DNA of 64,000 bases from an uncultured Oscillospiraceae bacterium (GTDB lineage Bacteria > Bacillota > Clostridia > Oscillospirales > Oscillospiraceae). The notes beneath the pieces are model-generated. The model was not told where the DNA came from and did no database searches. It saw only the letters and a list, made by a program, of their open reading frames with translations. The position numbers and the translations under genes are program-made. Location of the stretch: contig CANQIO010000001.1 of NCBI GenBank assembly GCA_947624065.1, positions 7,659-71,658 on the forward strand, in the 5' to 3' direction. How positions within the stretch are numbered: position 1 is the stretch's first letter; each line of letters starts with the position of its first letter. Below are positions 39,848-46,869 of the stretch, piece by piece.

Positions 39848-39874
39848 GACGGTATGGCAAACGCCATACCGTCC
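39848..39874. repeat. Copy 2 of the hairpin repeat GACGGTATGGC-AAAC-GCCATACCGTCC, followed by TTTATTCTGTTTT
   Basis: Read directly. It sits at the right edge of the low-GC islet, 28 nt from the GH43 stop, and could act as a terminator for plus-strand transcripts. Confidence 0.9.
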
Positions 39875-39901
39875 TTTATTCTGTTTTCCGCAGCGGGGCG
39901 C

Positions 39902-41380
39902 TCAGGAAAAATACTCGAGCCGCAGGTCCTGGAATTCCGCCTGGCCCTCCCCCACGGCATACAGCCCCAGCACCACGCCGGTGAAGCCGCCGGAGACCTC
40001 GCTGGAAAGGTATTTTGCTTTCCCCTGCCCCGGGGGACGCTCTGCGCCGTCTTGGTTGACATAAAACCGATAGGTCAGGTTGTCCCCCCGGATGACGAGC
40101 CGGGCGTGCCCTGCCTTGAGGGGGATCGTCCCCTGGGTGTGGCGGATGCCGCCGATGTTCAGCCGCAGCGCCGCCTCCCAGCCGTCAGGCCCCTGTCGCA
40201 GCGCCAGGTCATAGTGCTCGTCCTCGCACATGTACGCCGTCACGCCCGCCTCGCCTCCGCCGGCGCGCACATCCACGGCCAGCGCGAAGCGAAAGTCCCT
40301 CTGCCGCAGCCCGGCAAAGGTGGGCGAGCCTGCCTCGTCCAAGGTGACCGCGCTGCCCCGGAGGGTGAGCCCATCGGGGGCAAAGCGGTAATTTTCCGCC
40401 GCCGGCCGGCGCAGAAAGCACCACTCCCGCGCCGGATCGGTGTTTTCGAAGGTGTACACCCGCTTGCGCTCCTGCGCGAAGTCCCCGGCCAGCTCATAGG
40501 AGCGCTCCGTGGTGCCGTCGCTGCCGCACCGGGGCCAGCCGTCCGCCCCGAAGCGCACAGGCGTGAGGAACACCTCCCGGCCCAGGGTGTGGTAGGGCTC
40601 CCAGAGGTCGATCTGACGAAATCCCAGGGTCAGGATGTGCCATCCTCCGGCGGCGTCCTGTACCAGGTCCCCGTGGCCAATGCCCTGAATGATGCCGGGG
40701 GCCTTGTCGCGGTTTGTCAGCACCGGGTTGAACGGGCAGCTCTCAAAGGGGCCCCAGGGGTCGGCGGACCGGGCGCAGACCACCATGTGGCCGTATTCGG
40801 TGCCTCCCTCCGCCGCCAGCAGGTAATACCAGGGGCCGATATGATACATGTGCGGCGCTTCCAGATAGCGCCCTCCAGTCCCCTGCCAGATGCATCGGCT
40901 GGGGGTGAGCTTCCGCCCGGTGGCGATATCGATCCGGCACTGGGTGATGCCGGCGGTGCCCTGGTCGTCCTCGCCGTTGCTGAGGAAGTAGACGCTGTCC
41001 CCGTCGAACAGCAGCGAGGGATCGATGCCTCCCTGCTCCACCGTCACCGGCTCGGACCAGGGGCCGCGGATGTCGTCCGTCCAGACATAAAAGTTCCGCT
41101 GGGCGGTGGCGTTGGTGGTGACCATGTAAAACCGGCCCCGATGGTATCGGATAGTGGGCGCGAACACGCCCCCGGAGCTGGGCACATGGGCCAGCTCCAC
41201 CTGGCTGGGCCGGGTCAGCACATGGCCGATCTGCGTCCAATTCACCAGGTCCTCGCTCTCGAATAGCGGCACGCCGGGAAAATACTGAAAGGAGCTGGCG
41301 ACCAGGTAGTATTTCCCGTCCGCGCAGCACACGCTGGGGTCCGGATAAAAGCCGGTGATCACCGGGTTCTCATAACGCAC
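39902..41380 (-). CDS. Glycoside hydrolase family 43 (beta-xylosidase / alpha-L-arabinofuranosidase) with a C-terminal beta-sandwich domain
   Basis: (M)RYENPVITGFYPDPSVCCADGKYYLVASSFQYFPGVPLFESEDLVNW is the canonical GH43 XynB-type N-terminus. The GTG start lies 7 nt after GGGAGGG. Confidence 0.9.
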   Translation of the reverse strand: MRYENPVITGFYPDPSVCCADGKYYLVASSFQYFPGVPLFESEDLVNWTQIGHVLTRPSQVELAHVPSSGGVFAPTIRYHRGRFYMVTTNATAQRNFYVWTDDIRGPWSEPVTVEQGGIDPSLLFDGDSVYFLSNGEDDQGTAGITQCRIDIATGRKLTPSRCIWQGTGGRYLEAPHMYHIGPWYYLLAAEGGTEYGHMVVCARSADPWGPFESCPFNPVLTNRDKAPGIIQGIGHGDLVQDAAGGWHILTLGFRQIDLWEPYHTLGREVFLTPVRFGADGWPRCGSDGTTERSYELAGDFAQERKRVYTFENTDPAREWCFLRRPAAENYRFAPDGLTLRGSAVTLDEAGSPTFAGLRQRDFRFALAVDVRAGGGEAGVTAYMCEDEHYDLALRQGPDGWEAALRLNIGGIRHTQGTIPLKAGHARLVIRGDNLTYRFYVNQDGAERPPGQGKAKYLSSEVSGGFTGVVLGLYAVGEGQAEFQDLRLEYFS

Positions 41381-41428
41381 GGTCTGTCCCTCCCCGATCG
41401 TCCTCTTTGGCGCCCCTCCCCGGGCGTC

Positions 41429-42904
41429 TCACGCCCAGGGGTTCTCCGTGGGATAGGGCAGGCTCTTGGGCTGGTTGTAGGCGATATCGCCCACGCCCAG
41501 GAACCGGAACACGTCGAACAGCGCCTTGCCATAGTGGCCGAAGGCCACCGCTCCGTGGTGGGGATAATGCTTTTCGATGAGCACATGCCGGTAAAACCGC
41601 CCCATCTCCGGGATGGCGAACACGCCGATGCCGCCGAAGGAGCCAGTGGCCACCGGCAGCACCTCGCCCTGGGCGATGTAGGAGCGGAGCTTCCCCTCGC
41701 TGTCGCACTGGAGCCGGTAGAAGGTGATGTCGCTGGGAGCGATGTCCCCCTCCAGGGTGCCACGGGTGAAGTCAGGCTCCCCGCCATTCTCCAGCAGCCG
41801 GTTCTGGATCAGCTGATACTTCACCGCCCGATCCGCGCACAGCTTGCAGCTGGGGGTGTTGCCGCAGTGGAAGCCCATGAAGGTGTCCGTGAGAGCATAG
41901 TCATATTTCCCGGCGATGCCGGCCTCATAGAGGCTCTTGGGCACGGAGTTGTTGATGTCCAGCAGCGTCACCGCGTCGCCGGACACGCACGCGCCGATGT
42001 ACTCGGAAAGGGCGCCGTAGATGTCCACCTCGCAGGAGACGGGGATGCCCCGGCTGGCCAGACGGGAGTTCACATAGCAGGGCTCGAAGCCGAAGGCCTC
42101 CGGGAACGCGGGCCAGCACTTGTCGGCAAAGGCCACATACTTCCGCGCGCCCTTGTGGGCCTCCGCCCAATCCAGCAGCGTCAGTTCGAACTGGGCCATC
42201 CGGGCCAGCAGGTCGGGATAGTATTTCCCCTCGCCCATCTCGGCGGCCATGTCCTTGCATACACCCTCGATGCGGGCATCGCCCGCGTGGGCCTTGTAGC
42301 TGACCAGCAGGTCCAGCTCGGAGTTTTCCTCCACCTCCACGCCCAGCTCATACAGGCCCTTGATGGGCGCGTTGCAGGCAAAGAAGTCCTGGGGCCGTGG
42401 GCCGAAGGTGATGATCTTCAGATTTTTCACGCCGATGACGGCCCGCGCCACGGGCACGAAGTCGGCGATCATGGCGGCGATATCCTCCGCCGTGCCCACG
42501 GGATAGGCGGGGATGTGTGCCTGCAAATGGCGCATGCCAAGGTTATAGGAGCAGTTGAGCATGCCGCAGAAGGCGTCGCCCCGGCCGTTGATCAAGTCCC
42601 CGTCCCCCTCGGCGGCGGCCACATACATGCAGGGGCCGTCGAAGTTTTTGGCGATCAGCGTCTCCGGCGTCTCGGGGCCGAAGTTTCCAAGGAACACCAC
42701 CAGCGCGTTGCAGCCGGCGGCAGTCACGTCCGCCACGGCGGAGAGCATGTCCTTCTCGTTCTCCACCGTCACCGGGCACTCATAGAGCTTGCCCTTGTAA
42801 GCCGACACGATGGCGGCCCGCCGCCGCTGGGAGAGGGCCACGGGGAAACAGTCGCGGCTCACCGCGATGATGCCCAGCTTCACATCAGGAATGTTGCTCA
42901 TCAT
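41429..42904 (-). CDS. L-fucose/L-arabinose-isomerase-family protein (COG2407-like, about 490 aa), substrate unknown
   Basis: KLGIIAVSRDCFP...LVVFLGNFGPE...FCGMLNCSYNLG...ITFGPRPQDFFAC matches the FucI-related sugar isomerase fold pattern, but it is shorter than bona fide FucI. The start is set at ATG 42904 after GAGGTG. Confidence 0.8.
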   Translation of the reverse strand: MMSNIPDVKLGIIAVSRDCFPVALSQRRRAAIVSAYKGKLYECPVTVENEKDMLSAVADVTAAGCNALVVFLGNFGPETPETLIAKNFDGPCMYVAAAEGDGDLINGRGDAFCGMLNCSYNLGMRHLQAHIPAYPVGTAEDIAAMIADFVPVARAVIGVKNLKIITFGPRPQDFFACNAPIKGLYELGVEVEENSELDLLVSYKAHAGDARIEGVCKDMAAEMGEGKYYPDLLARMAQFELTLLDWAEAHKGARKYVAFADKCWPAFPEAFGFEPCYVNSRLASRGIPVSCEVDIYGALSEYIGACVSGDAVTLLDINNSVPKSLYEAGIAGKYDYALTDTFMGFHCGNTPSCKLCADRAVKYQLIQNRLLENGGEPDFTRGTLEGDIAPSDITFYRLQCDSEGKLRSYIAQGEVLPVATGSFGGIGVFAIPEMGRFYRHVLIEKHYPHHGAVAFGHYGKALFDVFRFLGVGDIAYNQPKSLPYPTENPWA

Positions 42905-42939
42905 TGTATCCACCTCATATCCTCATAAAATTTAGTCCG

Positions 42940-43575
42940 TCAGATGTCCGCGGCGATGTCGATGTTCGTCCCGCAAAGCGCCTGCACGGCGCCCTGGGCG
43001 GCCTCGGCGCTGTCGGGGTGGGCCAGCAGCCACTTGTTGCAGGCCCACAGCATCTTGTCCTCGTCGTTCAGAGGGGCGATGGCCGGCTTGGGGCCATTGG
43101 TTCCCCTGGGCAGGACTACCGCCACACGGAAAAAGCCATCCTTCTCCGTCTGACAGGGGGCGTAATGCAGCGTGGTGGCGTAAACCTCCACCGGTACCCC
43201 CGCAGGGACCCGGAACGCCTTCACCCTGGCGGTGTCCAGCATGCCGTCCACGATGTCGTCCTCTTTTGCCAGCAGCAGGATGAAATCCTCCTCGCCGATG
43301 TTCACCTCGCTGTCCCGGTGGTATTCCAGGCAGTTCAGCTTCGTATTCCGGCCCCAGCACATGCCGATCTGCACCGGCATGCCGCCGTATATGCCGTTCT
43401 GGAACTGCCCGTACTGGCATGTGGCCTCCAGCGCGGGGATGCTGGCCTCATAGGCCGTGCCGCTCTCCGGCAGGGGGATGGTCCCCATGGCCTTCACCAG
43501 GCACGTGGTGTCATAGCCCTCGATCACCTTTCCATAGGGCGCAAAGGCCTTATCAAATACAGACATGATCTCCAT
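42940..43575 (-). CDS. Uncharacterised protein resembling the DUF4867 family (cupin/ureidoglycolate-lyase-like fold suspected)
   Basis: 211 aa with RBS GGGAGGA 6 nt upstream. Size, the gene context (between an isomerase and an FGGY kinase) and the LNCLEYHRDSEVN...LHYAPC pattern fit my memory of DUF4867. This needs an HMM check. Confidence 0.65.
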   Translation of the reverse strand: MEIMSVFDKAFAPYGKVIEGYDTTCLVKAMGTIPLPESGTAYEASIPALEATCQYGQFQNGIYGGMPVQIGMCWGRNTKLNCLEYHRDSEVNIGEEDFILLLAKEDDIVDGMLDTARVKAFRVPAGVPVEVYATTLHYAPCQTEKDGFFRVAVVLPRGTNGPKPAIAPLNDEDKMLWACNKWLLAHPDSAEAAQGAVQALCGTNIDIAADI

Positions 43576-43607
43576 AAATAGTCCTCCCTTTCAGATCCAG
43601 CGGCTCT

Positions 43608-45086
43608 TCATCCGTTCAGCGCCGGGAACACATCCTTCAGCGCGGGATAGATCCTCCGGTATTTTTGATACTGCGCCTCGTACCGGGCGGCGATGGCCGG
43701 GTCCGGCTCCACCGCGCCGGTGACCTTCACCAGGCGCGCGGCTGCCTCCGCCACCGAGGAAAACTCCCCGCAGGCCACCGCCGCCAGCATGGCCCCGCCA
43801 TAGCCGGGCCCCTCCTCGGACTCAATGGTCTCCAGGGTCAGGCCGCACACATTGGCGATGATCTTCCGCCACAGGGGGCTCTTGGCCCCGCCGCCGCAGA
43901 TGCGGCTCCGCTTCACGTCGACGCCCAGGCTCCGGGCCACCTCCAGGCAGTCCCGGATGCCGAACGCCACGCCCTCCAGCACCGCCTGAGTCATGTCCGA
44001 GCGGGACGTGTCCATGGAAAGTCCCACAAAGCAGCCCCGGGCCTGGACGTCGTTGATGGGGCTGCGCTCGCCCATCAGATAGGGCAGGAAGAACACCCGG
44101 TTGGCGCCCAGTTTTTCGTCGGTGATAGAGCTCTGCTCCCCGGCATAGTCCGCGGTGCCCACGATGTCGTCCATCCACCATTTGTTGCAGCTGGCGGCGG
44201 AGAGCATGCAGCCCACGAGGTGGTAGTTCCCGTCCGCGTGGGCGAAGGCGTGCAGGGCGTTGTGGGGGTCCACGCCAAAGCGCTCGCTGGAGATGAAGAT
44301 GGTCCCGGAGGTGCCCAGGCTGATATTGCAGGCCCCCTGGCCCACCGTACCGGTGCCCACCGCGGCGGCGGCGTTGTCCCCCGCCCCGGCGCATACCTTC
44401 ACGCCCGCCGGCAGGCCCAGCTCCCGCGCCATCACCGGCCGCAGCGTGCCCACCGTCTCATAGCTCTCAAATACCCGCGCCAGCTGGTCCTCCCGCACGC
44501 CGCAGATCTCCATCATCTCGGGGCTCCAGCGCCGGTCCTCCACGTCGAACAGGAGCATGCCCGACGCGTCCGAGGCGTCGGTGCAGTGTACACCGGTGAG
44601 CATGTAATTGATGTAATCCTTCGGCAGCATGATCTTTTCGATCTTTCCGAACAGCTCCGGCTCATGGGCGCGCATCCAAAGCAGCTTGGGCGCGGTAAAT
44701 CCGGCAAAGGCGATGTTGGCGGTGTACCGCGAAAGCTTCTCCTTTCCAACGGCGCCGTTCAGATACGCCACCTCATCCTCCGTGCGGCCGTCGTTCCAAA
44801 GGATGGCGGGGCGCAGCACCCGGTCATCCTTATCCAGCGCCACCAGTCCGTGCATCTGGCCGCCCACGCCGATGCCCGCCACCTGTGTCTTGTCAAAGCC
44901 ATCCACCAGCTCCCGGATGCCCGCGACCGTCTCCCGCAGCCAGTCCGCCGGGTCCTGCTCGGACCAGCCGGGCCGGGGAAACGAGATGGGATACTCCCTG
45001 GATACGATGTTCAAGATCTTCCCCGCGCCGTCCATCAGCAGCAGCTTGACGGCGGAGGTGCCCAGGTCAACGCCTATGTACAGCAT
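43608..45086 (-). CDS. xylB: Xylulokinase-like FGGY carbohydrate kinase
   Basis: MLYIGVDLGTSAVKLLLMDGAGKILN...PGWSEQDPADW...GGGAKSPLWRKI is close to the XylB pattern. The start is set at ATG 45086 after GAAGGGAG. Confidence 0.88.
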   Translation of the reverse strand: MLYIGVDLGTSAVKLLLMDGAGKILNIVSREYPISFPRPGWSEQDPADWLRETVAGIRELVDGFDKTQVAGIGVGGQMHGLVALDKDDRVLRPAILWNDGRTEDEVAYLNGAVGKEKLSRYTANIAFAGFTAPKLLWMRAHEPELFGKIEKIMLPKDYINYMLTGVHCTDASDASGMLLFDVEDRRWSPEMMEICGVREDQLARVFESYETVGTLRPVMARELGLPAGVKVCAGAGDNAAAAVGTGTVGQGACNISLGTSGTIFISSERFGVDPHNALHAFAHADGNYHLVGCMLSAASCNKWWMDDIVGTADYAGEQSSITDEKLGANRVFFLPYLMGERSPINDVQARGCFVGLSMDTSRSDMTQAVLEGVAFGIRDCLEVARSLGVDVKRSRICGGGAKSPLWRKIIANVCGLTLETIESEEGPGYGGAMLAAVACGEFSSVAEAAARLVKVTGAVEPDPAIAARYEAQYQKYRRIYPALKDVFPALNG

Positions 45087-45124
45087 GCTCATGCTCCCTT
45101 CTGTCGGTTCTCTCAGCGCCCAGG

Positions 45125-45152
45125 AAAAAGACCCGCGGCCCCTGCCCGCGGG
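45125..45152 (-). terminator. Intrinsic-terminator-like hairpin inside the 5' leader of the xylB operon (attenuator candidate)
   Basis: The minus-strand RNA reads CCCGCGG-GCAGGGG-CCGCGGG-UCUUUUUCC, 39 nt upstream of the xylB ATG and downstream of the predicted promoter. Confidence 0.55.
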
Positions 45153-45199
45153 CACATGCCGCCGGCCGCCAAGGTCTTTCATCCAATTCAATCATACAT

Positions 45200-45228
45200 A
45201 GTATACACGATTTTCCACCGGATGTCCA
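45200..45228 (-). promoter_or_regulatory. Putative promoter of the xylB operon (-35 TGGACA, 17 nt, TG-extended -10 TATACT)
   Basis: The reverse complement reads TGGACA-tccggtggaaaatcgtg-TATACT. Confidence 0.5.
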
Positions 45229-45249
45229 GATTCCGAGCGGGCCTCTCCG

Positions 45250-46092
45250 TCAGAGGAAGGCCGCGTCCTCGTCGGTGAGCTCTCCCCTGCAGACGATGTT
45301 GGTCGGGCCGGTGAGAAAGATATCCGTGATGCGCGCGCCGGTCCGGGTCACGTCCACGGTGAGGGTCCCGCCCCGCATATCCGCCCGGACGGCCCGGCCG
45401 CTCACCTGGCCCAGCAGGGTCAGGACCGATACCACGGAGCCCGTGCCGGTGCCGCAGGCATAGGTAAAGTCCTCCACGCCCCGCTCATAGGTCCGCAGAT
45501 AAATATGGTCCGGACCGATGATCTCATAAAAGTTCACATTGGCCCCCTTGGGGAACGTCAGATGATACCGGAGCTTCCTGCCCAGTTCGCGCAGCGTGTC
45601 CTCACCGGCGCGGGCCAGACCCGCGTATGGCACCGCCGCGTGGGGCAGCCCCGGCACGCCCAGCTCCACATAGGCGCAGTCATATTCGGTCCCGTCCACC
45701 TCCACCGGATGGTCCAGCGCCATCACGCTGGGGTCGTTGAGCCGCACCCGGTACTGCCGCCGGTCCACGCGGGTCCCCACGACGGTGCCGGACAGGGTCT
45801 CCACCCGCTGCACCTGGCCCGCCAGGCCGTTTTCATAGCCATAGCGGCAGATGCACCGGGCCCCGTTGCCGCACATCTCCCCCTCGGAGCCGTCGGCGTT
45901 ATAAAAGAGCATCCGGTAATCCCCGTCGCTTTCCGCCGGGCGGATCACCATCATCCCGTCGGCCCCCACGGACAGATGGCGTTCGCATACGGTCCGGGCC
46001 AGCTCCCCCAGCCGCTCATCCGGGATATTTCGTGCCATATCGTTGAGGACGATAAAATCGTTCCCCGCGCCGTTCATCTTCCAAAACTCCAT
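45250..46092 (-). CDS. dapF: Diaminopimelate epimerase
   Basis: MEFWKMNGAGNDFIVL, GADGMMV, and both catalytic Cys contexts (MCGNGARC and ACGTGTGS). The ATG at 46092 lies 6 nt after GAGGAGGG. The track ORF starts on an upstream TTG. Confidence 0.93.
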   Translation of the reverse strand: MEFWKMNGAGNDFIVLNDMARNIPDERLGELARTVCERHLSVGADGMMVIRPAESDGDYRMLFYNADGSEGEMCGNGARCICRYGYENGLAGQVQRVETLSGTVVGTRVDRRQYRVRLNDPSVMALDHPVEVDGTEYDCAYVELGVPGLPHAAVPYAGLARAGEDTLRELGRKLRYHLTFPKGANVNFYEIIGPDHIYLRTYERGVEDFTYACGTGTGSVVSVLTLLGQVSGRAVRADMRGGTLTVDVTRTGARITDIFLTGPTNIVCRGELTDEDAAFL

Positions 46093-46104
46093 TTCCAACC
46101 CTCC

Positions 46105-46755
46105 TCACCGATTCTCCGCTCCGCCCGCGAGATACGCGGGAAGCTGGCGGATATGCTCCAGCACGGCCGCGCCGGCCGCCTCCAGCCGGCTGCGGCTCTG
46201 GTGTCCCCCGGCGATGAGCACGCACCGGCAGCCCACCTGGCGGGCCACCTCCAGGTCATGGACCGTGTCGCCCACAAAGAGGACGTCCGCCGGGTCGGCG
46301 CCCTCCCGGCGCAGATATCCGGCCGCCAGGCCCGCCTTGCCGCCACCAAACTGGTCCGCCATGCCCAGCACCGCGGAAAAGGCGCCCTGGACCCCCTGCT
46401 CGGCCACCTGCCGCTCCAGATCGTCCTGCCGGGAGGCGGAGGCCAGCACCTGCCGCACCCCCATCCGATCCAGTGCCGCCAGGGTCTCCCGCGCCCCGGC
46501 CACCAGCCCGCAGGACCGGGAGGCCGCGCGGTACCCGGTCATATATTCCTCCGCCAGGTCCGTGAAGGGCTCCCGCTCCAGGTCGAAGCCGGCCAGCGCA
46601 TAATAGGTCCGCACAGGGAAGGTGAAGATCTCCCGATAGCGGTCCAGATCCGGGATCGGCGGCAGACCGCGGCGGCGGAGCATCCCGTTGATGACGCCCA
46701 GGCACACATCCATGTCGTCCAGCAGCGTGCCGTTCCAGTCCCAAACCACCAGCAT
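46105..46755 (-). CDS. HAD-superfamily hydrolase (phosphoglycolate-phosphatase-like)
   Basis: MLVVWDWNGTLLDD (DxD motif I variant), a SASRQ motif II region, and FVGDTVHDLEVA motif IV. The start at 46755 follows GGAAGGAGG. Confidence 0.8.
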   Translation of the reverse strand: MLVVWDWNGTLLDDMDVCLGVINGMLRRRGLPPIPDLDRYREIFTFPVRTYYALAGFDLEREPFTDLAEEYMTGYRAASRSCGLVAGARETLAALDRMGVRQVLASASRQDDLERQVAEQGVQGAFSAVLGMADQFGGGKAGLAAGYLRREGADPADVLFVGDTVHDLEVARQVGCRCVLIAGGHQSRSRLEAAGAAVLEHIRQLPAYLAGGAENR

Positions 46756-46820
46756 GATCCGCGCCTCCTTCCCACTGCCCACCATATCACGCGCCGGCCG
46801 GCCTGTCAACGCCGCCGGCA

Positions 46821-46852
46821 GGAAAAAGCGGCATGGCCAAGGCCATGCCGCT
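46821..46852 (-). terminator. Rho-independent terminator ending the GH112 operon
   Basis: The minus strand reads AGCGGCATGGCC-tt-GGCCATGCCGCT, followed by TTTTTCC. Confidence 0.75.
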
Positions 46853-46869
46853 CTGCGGTCATATCGCGC

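Larger units (their letters stand above)
37823..39880. other. Low-GC islet of about 2.06 kb (visibly AT-rich against GC-rich flanks) inserted between the convergent GH95 and GH43 genes
   Basis: Base composition switches abruptly right after the GH95 stop (37822) and back about 20 nt before the GH43 stop (39902). Codon usage of the enclosed ORFs is A/T-ending, unlike all flanking genes. No recombinase gene is present. Confidence 0.7.

Noticed and set aside
38685-39874. Interpreting the two hairpin repeats as integron attC sites (aadA-like gene plus cassette array)
   Set aside because: The repeats are short perfect palindromes without the R''/L''-L'/R' architecture, extrahelical bases or GTTRRRY core. 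No intI or attI is in the window. I kept it only as a remote possibility within the repeat finding.
43608-45191. N-terminally extended versions of several track ORFs (xylB here; also glpK 6573, mreB 8694, comFC 9329, GH94-like 34403, SBP 52229, permease 31303/29931 and others)
   Set aside because: In each case the extension lacks homology, often starts on TTG or GTG, and an internal ATG is preceded by a strong GGAGG-type RBS at the point where family homology starts.
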